DNA of 64,000 nucleotides from Patescibacteria group bacterium (GTDB lineage Bacteria; Patescibacteriota; Patescibacteriia; 2-01-FULL-39-33): NCBI GenBank assembly GCA_041650895.1, contig JBAZKF010000002.1, positions 88,425 to 152,424 of the forward strand, read 5' to 3'. Shown piece by piece: positions 56,501 to 64,000 of this stretch (position 1 is its first letter; each line of letters starts with the position of its first letter). The notes under the pieces were generated by a model. It saw only the letters and a program-made list of their open reading frames with translations, ran no database searches and was not told where the DNA came from. The position numbers and the translations under genes were made by a program.

Positions 56501-57586
56501 ATGTCTATAACCTTGGTTTTGATCGCTTTGATAATTGTTTTGGTCGCCGCGGTGGTCGGTTTATTTGTTTTTTTTAACAGCAAATTATCGCAATTAGCCG
56601 CGCCCCAGGATGATAAGACGGCGCTTTTGCTGTTTGAACGCATTAAGGAATTGAATCAGACTATGGATAGCAGTATTCGCGGGCTGAATCAAACTATGGA
56701 TAGCAAACTGACCGAATCATCGCGTCAAATGCAAACGCAGTTTGGTCAGAGTATTAGTATTATCAGGGGAGTGACCGAAAAAGTTACCGAATTGCAAGCT
56801 ACCAATAAACAAGTCATGGGTTTTTCGGAGCAATTGAAGAATTTGGAAAAAGTTTTGACCAGCCAGAAACAGCGCGGCAACCTAGGCGAGGCCGGCTTGC
56901 ATTTGGTGTTAGATAATATTTTGCCGCCGACCGCCTTCAAGATTCAATACCAGTTTGACGACGGTGATATTGTGGATGCCGCGATTTTTACTAAGGACGG
57001 CATTATTCCCGTAGATGCCAAGTTTTCGTTGGATAACTATAATCGCGTAATTAATGAGGATGATGAAGAAAAGCGTTTGCAATACGAAAAGGAATTCAAG
57101 AACGATTTGAAGAAGCGCATTGACGAAACCAGTAAATATATCAAACCGGACAAGGGAACTTTGGACTTTGCTTTCATGTTTATTCCCGCCGAGGCTATTT
57201 ATTATGATCTGCTGGTCAATGAAGTCGGCGCGATTAAGATAAACACCCGTTCGTTGATTGATTACGCTTTTAAGGAAAAGAAAGTGATTATTGTCTCGCC
57301 TACTACCTTTGCCGCTTACCTGCAGACGGTTCTGCAAGGGTTGCGCGCTCTAAAAATCGAGGAGCAAACCAAAGATATCATTAAGCGGGTGGAAATGCTG
57401 CAAAAACATATCGTGGCTTATGATGACTATTTCAAAAAGCTGGGCGGTAGTCTGGCCACGACGGTTAATGCCTATAATGCGGCGGACAAAGAACTGAAGA
57501 AAATTGATAAAGATGTGGTCAAGATCACCGGCGCCGAAAGCGGCATTGATTTGTTGCAGATAGAAGGGCCGAAAAAAACTGATTAA
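56501..57586 (+). CDS. rmuC: DNA recombination protein RmuC
   Basis: N-terminal TM helix and coiled coil. C-terminal FAFMFIPAEAIYYDLL ... IVSPTTFAAYLQTV RmuC motifs. Confidence 0.8.
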   Translation: MSITLVLIALIIVLVAAVVGLFVFFNSKLSQLAAPQDDKTALLLFERIKELNQTMDSSIRGLNQTMDSKLTESSRQMQTQFGQSISIIRGVTEKVTELQATNKQVMGFSEQLKNLEKVLTSQKQRGNLGEAGLHLVLDNILPPTAFKIQYQFDDGDIVDAAIFTKDGIIPVDAKFSLDNYNRVINEDDEEKRLQYEKEFKNDLKKRIDETSKYIKPDKGTLDFAFMFIPAEAIYYDLLVNEVGAIKINTRSLIDYAFKEKKVIIVSPTTFAAYLQTVLQGLRALKIEEQTKDIIKRVEMLQKHIVAYDDYFKKLGGSLATTVNAYNAADKELKKIDKDVVKITGAESGIDLLQIEGPKKTD

Positions 57587-57587
57587 T

Positions 57588-58073
57588 ATGAGGTACTTAG
57601 AGGGCGAAGAAAAAATACTGGCTGAAGAATATTTTTCTGCGGCGGCCGAGATAGCCAAGCAAGCCACTTGTGAGCGATCCAAATGCGGTACGGTAATAGT
57701 CAGGGAAGGGCGGATCATCGGTTCGGGCTTCAATTCGCCGGCCGGCAATCTGGAAAGCCAGCGGCGTTGTTCAGCGTTTAAAAGCGATTTGCATATCAAG
57801 GTGACGGATAAAACATGTTGCGTTCACGCCGAACAGCGAGCGATTATGGACGCTTTACGCCGTCAGCCTGACCGATTAAGCGGAGCGGTTTTGTATTTTA
57901 CCCGCTTAAACGGTAACGGAGAAGCGACAGAATCGGGTCGGCCATATTGCACTCATTGCAGTAAATTAGCTCTTGATACCGGTATCAGCGAATTTGTCTT
58001 ATGGCACAAGGAGGGAATTAGCGCTTATCCGACAGACGAATATAATTTATTGTCTTATCAATATCAAGAATAA
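57588..58073 (+). CDS. dCMP/cytidine deaminase-fold zinc enzyme
   Basis: CVHAEQRAI (H/CAE) and PYCTHC (PCxxC) zinc-ligand motifs. Confidence 0.7.
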   Translation: MRYLEGEEKILAEEYFSAAAEIAKQATCERSKCGTVIVREGRIIGSGFNSPAGNLESQRRCSAFKSDLHIKVTDKTCCVHAEQRAIMDALRRQPDRLSGAVLYFTRLNGNGEATESGRPYCTHCSKLALDTGISEFVLWHKEGISAYPTDEYNLLSYQYQE

Positions 58074-58077
58074 TTTT

Positions 58078-58815
58078 ATGCCAAAGATCGCTATTATTGG
58101 CGGGTCAGGGTTGGATGATCCGCAAATTTTGCAAAACGCCACGGAAAAAATCGTAGGAAATAGATACGGCCAGCTGGCTTCGCCTTTAACGCTCGGACAG
58201 ATCGCCGGCGTGGAGGTGGTGATCTTGGCGCGTCATGGCAAGACGCACAATATTATGCCGACCAAGATTAATTTTATGGCCAATATCCAGGCGCTTAAGG
58301 ATGAGGGTTGTACACACATCTTGGCTACGACTGCTGTTGGATCATTGAGAGAAGAAATTAAACCGGGTAATCTGGTTTTTCCTAATCAGTTTATTGATTT
58401 TACCCGCCATCGCAATCTGACTTATTTTACCGACGAAGTGGAGCATAAAGCCATGGCTGATCCTTATGATTCGTTGTTACGTAGCATGTTACGTAACACT
58501 TGCGATGAGTTGGGTTTTGATTATAATTATGATAAGACGGTAATTACGATTGAAGGACCCAGATTTTCCACCCGCGCTGAAAGCCACATGTTCCGCCAAT
58601 GGGGAGCGGATATCATTAATATGTCCACTTGTCCGGAAGTGATTCTGGCTAATGAGCTGGGCTTGCCTTACCAGACTATCGCCATGTCCACGGATTATGA
58701 TTGTTGGAAAACCGATGAGGTGCCGGTAACTTTTGAAATGGTGATGCAACGTATGACTGAGAATGCGGAAAAGGTGAAGCAGTTATTGATTAAGATTATA
58801 CCTAAGATTAAATAG
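58078..58815 (+). CDS. mtnP: S-methyl-5'-thioadenosine phosphorylase / purine nucleoside phosphorylase (PNP-I family)
   Basis: MPKIAIIGGSGLDDP start. The ORF-track upstream extension (from 57973) is ignored. Confidence 0.7.
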   Translation: MPKIAIIGGSGLDDPQILQNATEKIVGNRYGQLASPLTLGQIAGVEVVILARHGKTHNIMPTKINFMANIQALKDEGCTHILATTAVGSLREEIKPGNLVFPNQFIDFTRHRNLTYFTDEVEHKAMADPYDSLLRSMLRNTCDELGFDYNYDKTVITIEGPRFSTRAESHMFRQWGADIINMSTCPEVILANELGLPYQTIAMSTDYDCWKTDEVPVTFEMVMQRMTENAEKVKQLLIKIIPKIK

Positions 58816-58980
58816 TTTTTTGACGCTGCGCCTACCTGCCGGCAGGCAGGCTTGCAAAAATTTTTCGTGAACGCCCTGGCTCCGCTTGGCGGCGGACACT
58901 GAAGATCAGCACAAGATTTTAATAGTCGCAGGTTTTATAAAATTAATAATTTTTAATTCGTAATTCGTAATTGAATCTAT

Positions 58981-59508
58981 ATGCCTATTAAATCACGCAT
59001 TCGCACGGTGGCGGACTGGCCCAAGAAAGGCGTTATGTTCCGCGACATTACTACTTTAATAAAAGACCCGGTCGGACTGAAGTTATGTTTGGACGATTTT
59101 GCGGAAAGATATAAAAACAAGGATATTGATGTCATTGTCGGTATTGATAGTCGAGGATTTATTTTGGGCGGTGCTTTGGCTTACTTGTTGGGCAAAGGTT
59201 TCGTACCGGTGCGCAAGAAAGGCAAATTGCCGGCGGAAACGGAAAGTGAAACTTATAATTTGGAATATGGCACTGACACGATAGAAATCCATAAAGACGC
59301 CATTACGCTCGGCCAGAGAGTATTAATTGTTGACGATCTGATTGCCACCGGCGGTACGGCTCTGGCCGCTTCCAAATTGGTTAAAAAATTGGGGGGAGAA
59401 ATAGAGGAGTTGGCGTTTATTGTGGATCTGCCGGATTTGGGGGGTGGTAAGAAATTGACTGATGCCGGGCTTAAATATTATGCCCAGACTGAGTTTGCTG
59501 GGGAGTAG
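58981..59508 (+). CDS. apt: Adenine phosphoribosyltransferase
   Basis: DITTLIKDP and the PRPP-binding VLIVDDLIATGGT motif. Confidence 0.85.
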   Translation: MPIKSRIRTVADWPKKGVMFRDITTLIKDPVGLKLCLDDFAERYKNKDIDVIVGIDSRGFILGGALAYLLGKGFVPVRKKGKLPAETESETYNLEYGTDTIEIHKDAITLGQRVLIVDDLIATGGTALAASKLVKKLGGEIEELAFIVDLPDLGGGKKLTDAGLKYYAQTEFAGE

Positions 59509-59614
59509 TATCCTTGACATTTTTTATCATTTACGGTATAGTGTTACGAACTTTAGTTCTTTATATAATTAATCAAAGTCAGGGGAATAAAATGCAATAA
59601 ACAGTAAAGGAGGA

Positions 59615-60148
59615 TTGGCCATGGGAAAGGACGAAAAGAGCTGTGATGAAAGGTTAAGTGACGCTTTAGTGGCTTTGGCGGTAAGTTTGTCCGGAGAAAA
59701 CCTGGGCAAGATGATTTCTGTCATTAATTCTCAAATTAAAGATTATTGCCTACGTAGAGACGGTAATACGGGTCGTGATATGGCTAATGTTTTAGCCGTT
59801 GCAGTATTGCGTATCGCCAAAGAAACCAAACCGGAGTCTTTGGATATTATAGCCAGAGAGCTCGCTGAGGCGGAGATATTGGCGCTCGTTTTCCCTAGTC
59901 GTGCCGTTGAGATAGCCGATGCCGCCTCTACTCAGGCGGATTTGATCGCTTTGCTTGTACCGGCGGAGATAGTCGGTATCTGTAGAAAGTTATCCCCCGA
60001 AGCTTTAGTTAATGTTGTGGGTACAATGGTCAAAAATCACAGCAAGATCGGTTATCATCCTTTAGCCGATACTGAAGTATTCAGGAGATACTTTCCGGCC
60101 GAAGCCGAACGCTTTGGCAAATCTGCCGAAGACAAAAAGAAAGGGTAA
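59615..60148 (+). CDS. Hypothetical protein
   Basis: 177 aa, helical, AAAGGAGG RBS. Confidence 0.3.
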   Translation: MAMGKDEKSCDERLSDALVALAVSLSGENLGKMISVINSQIKDYCLRRDGNTGRDMANVLAVAVLRIAKETKPESLDIIARELAEAEILALVFPSRAVEIADAASTQADLIALLVPAEIVGICRKLSPEALVNVVGTMVKNHSKIGYHPLADTEVFRRYFPAEAERFGKSAEDKKKG

Positions 60149-60152
60149 AACC

Positions 60153-60344
60153 ATGTCTTTGTGTATAAATTGCAGCGGTATTATCCGAAAGCCGGGCGTG
60201 CCCGTCGGCGGTTGCACTGCATCAGGCTGTAATAATCTGGCCACGCATCAGGGGTATGAGTATTGCCCGCACTGCGCCAAAGAATTGGGCCGTTGCGAAT
60301 CTTGTGGTAAAAGGCAAGAGAAACAGCATCAGATCGAAGACTAG
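60153..60344 (+). CDS. Small Cys-rich zinc-ribbon protein
   Basis: MSLCINCSG...CPHCAKELGRCESCGK. Overlaps the upstream ORF. Start is uncertain. Confidence 0.3.
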   Translation: MSLCINCSGIIRKPGVPVGGCTASGCNNLATHQGYEYCPHCAKELGRCESCGKRQEKQHQIED

Positions 60345-60350
60345 GACATT

Positions 60351-61394
60351 ATGAGCGGACACGAGTTGTCCGCTTTTATTTTTGTTTTGATTTGTGTTAT
60401 AATATTATTAATTATGCTAAAGGAAGATGACAAATTGAAACGGTTAATCACGGCAGTTTTTCGTGACTATTTTGTTTATGCTCCGGTTAAGCGGGACGGG
60501 AGGCTTTTGGCACAGGAAGCTAAGGTGCCGGACGAAATTGATTGGTCAGGCAAGTTAACCGAGAACTCTTGGAAAGAGTTGTTTTTGCCTCATCGGGAAA
60601 AGTTGTTTGAAGGCCGGCAGGGATTGGCGGAGACCAAAGGCGAACAGCCGCCGGTGGCCTGCTTGGGCATGAATATTTTGGATTTGAAGGCGCTGACGCT
60701 CTTTGATTTGGTTTTCGGCAACGATGTCTATTATCAAAATCGTCGGCAGAAAACCGTTGTTATCGGCTATGGTGCTGATTGGCCCAACAGCTACAAGAAA
60801 AGTAAAGTTTTTTCCCATAATTTTAAGGAGGACGCGCTGGAGCATGTGTCGTTTGATGTTTTTATTGCCGGCCGCAAAGGCGGGGAGCCGATTTTTTATT
60901 CCGGCTCTTCAGTCGGCCGTAAATTATTGGAGAGTTGCCGTATCAAGGATTTTGAGAATATCAAATTTGCCGGCGCCATAGCTGAAAGCGGGCCGGACAA
61001 GCGTATGTTGGAAATTAAAGGTAAATTGGAACGTTCTGCTAATCATTATTTATGGGATAATTTGGATCAAGTTTGTTTGGCCTGCGGCAAATGCACCGTT
61101 GCCTGTCCGACTTGTTTTTGTTTTGATTTGGAAGACAAGGCTAATCCTGATGATCCGCGGCGCGATCGCCGGTGGGGGAGCTGCTTTTATAATGATTTTT
61201 CTCTGGTCGCCGGCGGACATCAGGAATTGGATACGGTCAGGAAAAAAATATTTTTTTGGTATTATCATAAATTTGTGCGTATTCCCAAAGAATATTCCCA
61301 TGTTGGGTGCGTATCCTGCGGCCGTTGTACGCGCACTTGTCCGGTCGGCATTGATATTGCCAAAAATATCGCTAAGATTTCAAAATTGAAATAA
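60351..61394 (+). CDS. 4Fe-4S dicluster protein, sulfhydrogenase beta / AsrA-like
   Basis: CLACGKCTVACPTCFC and CVSCGRCTRTCP ferredoxin-type motifs. Length of about 347 aa. Confidence 0.55.
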   Translation: MSGHELSAFIFVLICVIILLIMLKEDDKLKRLITAVFRDYFVYAPVKRDGRLLAQEAKVPDEIDWSGKLTENSWKELFLPHREKLFEGRQGLAETKGEQPPVACLGMNILDLKALTLFDLVFGNDVYYQNRRQKTVVIGYGADWPNSYKKSKVFSHNFKEDALEHVSFDVFIAGRKGGEPIFYSGSSVGRKLLESCRIKDFENIKFAGAIAESGPDKRMLEIKGKLERSANHYLWDNLDQVCLACGKCTVACPTCFCFDLEDKANPDDPRRDRRWGSCFYNDFSLVAGGHQELDTVRKKIFFWYYHKFVRIPKEYSHVGCVSCGRCTRTCPVGIDIAKNIAKISKLK

Positions 61395-61416
61395 GCAAAA
61401 TATTCAGTAGCATAAG

Positions 61417-62238
61417 ATGCGTAATATTTATCAACCGCAAGAAGTTAAGGTGATCTCCGTCAGTCGCGAATCAATTGACACGGTTCTTTTGAGATTCCAA
61501 TTTATTGATAAAAAACGCCAGAAGGCTTTTGCTTTTTTGCCCGGGCAATTTATGCAGATCGGCTTTCCCGGTTGGGGCGAGTGTCCCATCAGTATTTGTT
61601 CCTCGTCGGCTGACAGCAAGAAGTATTTTGAATTGGCTGTCCGTGACGTAGGGCAATTGACGCACAAAATCAACGAATTAAAAAACGGAGACGAAGCGTG
61701 GGTCAGGGGACCGTTTGGTAACGGCTTTGATACGGGTCTTTATACCGGCAAGGAATTGATTTTGATCGGCGGTGGCTGCGGTTTTGTGCCGCTGAGGCCG
61801 TTGATCATTGACTGTTTGGCTGGCCGCATCAAACCCAAATCGTTGAAAATTTTTTACGGCTGTCTTAATGAAGATACGTTATTATTCAAGAAACAATATC
61901 CGGAATGGAATCGCGGAGCGGAATTGAGCGTTATTCTGGAAAAACCGACTGAGCGGTGGCATGGTGAAAAAGGCTTGATCACCGCTTTGATCCAAAAACG
62001 CCAGATATCTTCTTCTGCCGTAGTGGTGATGGTAGGTCCGCCCATAATGTATCGTTTTGCCGTCAAGGAGCTGGAAGCCAAAAAAATCAAAGCCCAAAAT
62101 ATTTGGGTATCATTGGAACGGCGGATGTATTGCGGGGTCGGCGTTTGCCAGCATTGCGCTATTGGGCCGTATTACGTCTGCAAGGACGGGCCAGTATTCA
62201 GTTATTCCCAGCTTAAAGATATTCCTAACGCTTTATGA
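61417..62238 (+). CDS. FAD/NAD(P)-binding oxidoreductase with C-terminal 2Fe-2S cluster, sulfhydrogenase gamma / AsrB / PyrK-like
   Basis: FNR-like LPGQFMQIG, GPFG, LILIGGGCGFVPL and C-terminal CGVGVCQHC. Confidence 0.6.
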   Translation: MRNIYQPQEVKVISVSRESIDTVLLRFQFIDKKRQKAFAFLPGQFMQIGFPGWGECPISICSSSADSKKYFELAVRDVGQLTHKINELKNGDEAWVRGPFGNGFDTGLYTGKELILIGGGCGFVPLRPLIIDCLAGRIKPKSLKIFYGCLNEDTLLFKKQYPEWNRGAELSVILEKPTERWHGEKGLITALIQKRQISSSAVVVMVGPPIMYRFAVKELEAKKIKAQNIWVSLERRMYCGVGVCQHCAIGPYYVCKDGPVFSYSQLKDIPNAL

Positions 62239-62795
62239 CCATCAGTATTCTGATTTACCTTTTGCTTTTTTTGGTGTTGCTTACCGCGGCTTACGGCGCG
62301 TATTCGGCCGCGCCTTGGTTGCCTACCAGGCGTCGTGATGTTCAGCGCATGATGGATTTGGCGGAGATCAAAAACGGCTGTAAAATTTATGACTTGGGTT
62401 GTGGCGACGGCCGGCTGGTTTTTGAAGCGGCTAAACGCGGCGCTACGGCCACCGGGGTAGAAATATTCTTTCTGCCTTGGCTGTATGCCAGGATTAAAAG
62501 TTTTTTCATTCCTCGGACTAAGATTTTATTCGGTGATTTATTTTTTCAGGATATTTCCGATGCCGACACGATTTTTATTTTTTTGTTGGACAAGAGTTAT
62601 AAGCGGCTGACGGAAAAGTTCAGTCGAGAGCTTAAGCCGGGGGCGCAAGTTATTGTGGGCTGTTGGCCCATAGCCGAGTGGCAGGATAAGCTTGTTTCCT
62701 CCAGTCAGCCGGCGGATAATCTGCCGATGTTTGCTTATAAGATTTCGGGAGATAGGCTCATTCACCAGCCAGTCAGAAACAACGATAATAAATAA
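62235..62795 (+). CDS. Class I SAM-dependent methyltransferase
   Basis: Motif I YDLGCGDGRLV. N-terminal TM helix. Confidence 0.5.
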   Translation: MTISILIYLLLFLVLLTAAYGAYSAAPWLPTRRRDVQRMMDLAEIKNGCKIYDLGCGDGRLVFEAAKRGATATGVEIFFLPWLYARIKSFFIPRTKILFGDLFFQDISDADTIFIFLLDKSYKRLTEKFSRELKPGAQVIVGCWPIAEWQDKLVSSSQPADNLPMFAYKISGDRLIHQPVRNNDNK

Positions 62796-62819
62796 TTTAT
62801 TAATAATTAACCATAAAGC

Positions 62820-62964
62820 CATGCTCGCTATCGCACTCATTATCATCGGAGCAATTTTTTTGCTCAAGAATCTCGGCCTGCTGACCGTCATCAATTGGGA
62901 TGTCGTTTGGCCGATCGTTTTGATCGGCGTCGGCGTTCTGATGCTGTTTAAGAAAAAAATGTAG
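62820..62964 (+). CDS. Small two-TM membrane peptide
   Basis: 48 aa, MLAIALIIIGAIFLLKNLGLL... Confidence 0.25.
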
Positions 62965-62966
62965 TT

Positions 62967-63182
62967 ATGTGCCTGACCGTGCCGGCGCAAGTGATTTCCG
63001 CCGCTGACAATTATTTGGAGGTGGAAACCGCCGGCACCAGGCGCCGGGTTAAGCGCGCCTTTTCGGCGGTGCCGCAAGTAGGCGATTGGGTATTGGTAAA
63101 CGCCGATTTGGCCGTAGTCAGAATAACAGAACAGGAAGCTGAGGAGATTGCCGGTTACTTGTCACCGGCGAAAAAAGTATGA
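62967..63182 (+). CDS. hypC: [NiFe]-hydrogenase maturation factor HypC/HupF
   Basis: MCLTVPAQVI N-terminus with the invariant Cys2. 71 aa. Confidence 0.75.
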   Translation: MCLTVPAQVISAADNYLEVETAGTRRRVKRAFSAVPQVGDWVLVNADLAVVRITEQEAEEIAGYLSPAKKV

Positions 63183-63937
63183 ACGGAGAAAAGATTAATG
63201 GCATGGTTTTGGCGGCGCGCTATGCTTTCATGCCCAATAAATTGCGTTATTGCGGCGGCGACAGGAATTCCCAATTATTTTCTTATGTTTCCGCCGGGGT
63301 TAGCGATGGGGGATTGGGCGAATTACTGGAAGAGTTTGATACCATGTTCCCTTACATAAGTTTTATCGCTCACGCCAATAAAATCGCCGATCCTTTTGAT
63401 TATCGTGTGGTGGAAGCGTATTGGATCGGTAATGATTTGCTTAGCCACATTGATTTCAACGCTTTTTATCGTTACATGGTGGACATTCAGCGTTTGCCCA
63501 AATCCTATAAGCCGGAGTTGGCGGAAAAGATTTATGGCAAGATTACTTTGGGCGCCAAACCACATCACTCCTGGCATGTTTTCAATATTCCTAAGCGTAT
63601 GGGTCCGAACGCGTTAGCTTATACTATTGCCACTATGGATGATTGCCGCATTAGTTGGGCTAAGGTGCTTGAGTCCGATCCGGTCACTGACGGCTTGCTC
63701 AAAAAGATAAAAGTTAAATGTCAGCCGTTGCAGTATATTGATAATCAATTATCGCTCGGCGCGCCGCAAGCGAAGGAAGTCTGGTTTGAATATGATAATA
63801 AGAGTTTTACCGGTCCGCTTCATGCCGGCGATCTGATAACCCTGCATTGGAATTGGGCATGCGACCGCATTTCCGAGGAGCAAAAGGATAATCTGGAAAA
63901 ATGGACGCGTCATAACTTAAAATTGGCCAATCTATGA
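63179..63937 (+). CDS. Hypothetical protein embedded in the hydrogenase locus
   Basis: 252 aa. No motif recognised. Confidence 0.3.
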   Translation: MNGEKINGMVLAARYAFMPNKLRYCGGDRNSQLFSYVSAGVSDGGLGELLEEFDTMFPYISFIAHANKIADPFDYRVVEAYWIGNDLLSHIDFNAFYRYMVDIQRLPKSYKPELAEKIYGKITLGAKPHHSWHVFNIPKRMGPNALAYTIATMDDCRISWAKVLESDPVTDGLLKKIKVKCQPLQYIDNQLSLGAPQAKEVWFEYDNKSFTGPLHAGDLITLHWNWACDRISEEQKDNLEKWTRHNLKLANL

Positions 63938-64000
63938 AAGTAAAAAAACCAAAACTCGCCATTATCAGTTTAACCTCTTGCGAGGGCTGTCAATTCGTTT
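63937..64000 (+). CDS. Partial: [NiFe]-hydrogenase small (delta) subunit-like N-terminus
   Basis: MKVKKPKLAIISLTSCEGCQF resembles the group-3 hydrogenase small-subunit N-terminus. Truncated by the window end. Confidence 0.4.

Noticed and set aside
60351-62238. Alternative reading of the 4Fe-4S/FNR-like pair as anaerobic sulfite reductase AsrAB
   Set aside because: The pair is followed by HypC and a hydrogenase small-subunit-like start, so a group-3 hydrogenase context is more parsimonious. AsrAB cannot be excluded without the large subunit.
1-64000. CRISPR arrays, tRNA/rRNA genes, transposases/IS elements
   Set aside because: There are no regularly spaced direct repeats. No T-loop GTTCGAATC-type tRNA signatures were seen in the intergenic regions. 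No DDE or tyrosine-recombinase motifs appear in any ORF.

Overview
This 64 kb window looks like a small, low-GC bacterial genome segment, resembling CPR/Patescibacteria. I ran no searches. The genome is about 40-45% GC, with AT-rich surface-protein genes. It is densely packed with about 65 CDS. Housekeeping genes recognisable from motifs are uvrB, dnaX, a UvrD/PcrA helicase, rmuC, tRNA-dihydrouridine synthase, dUTPase, dCMP deaminase, MTA phosphorylase, apt, aroE, an RNase J-like beta-CASP nuclease, a CorA transporter, and bacterial metK behind a SAM-I riboswitch. There is also a cell-envelope glycosyltransferase cluster. The end of the window holds a group-3 [NiFe]-hydrogenase-like locus with HydB-like, HydG-like, HypC and HydD-like genes. 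Several unusual loci are embedded among these. (1) A GC-rich, stand-alone major vault protein (MVP) homolog of about 1040 aa, with matches to the eukaryotic MVP shoulder and cap-helix regions. (2) A GC-rich three-gene operon: a J-domain-fused Ser/Thr kinase, a vWA protein with a MIDAS motif, and a minimal pyruvate-kinase-like TIM-barrel enzyme. This resembles TerY-P-type signalling modules. (3) An archaeal-type SAM synthetase, co-operonic with an HprK-like P-loop kinase and a RelA/SpoT-type HD hydrolase under a perfect sigma70 consensus promoter. (4) A CDP-archaeol-synthase-like membrane enzyme. (5) A membrane-anchored nucleoside-2-deoxyribosyltransferase-like protein. (6) A VirD4/TraG-like membrane ATPase. 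(7) A B12-radical-SAM (CX5CX2C) plus DHODH-like gene pair, followed by a structured poly-C hairpin element. No CRISPR array, tRNA, rRNA or transposase was recognised.
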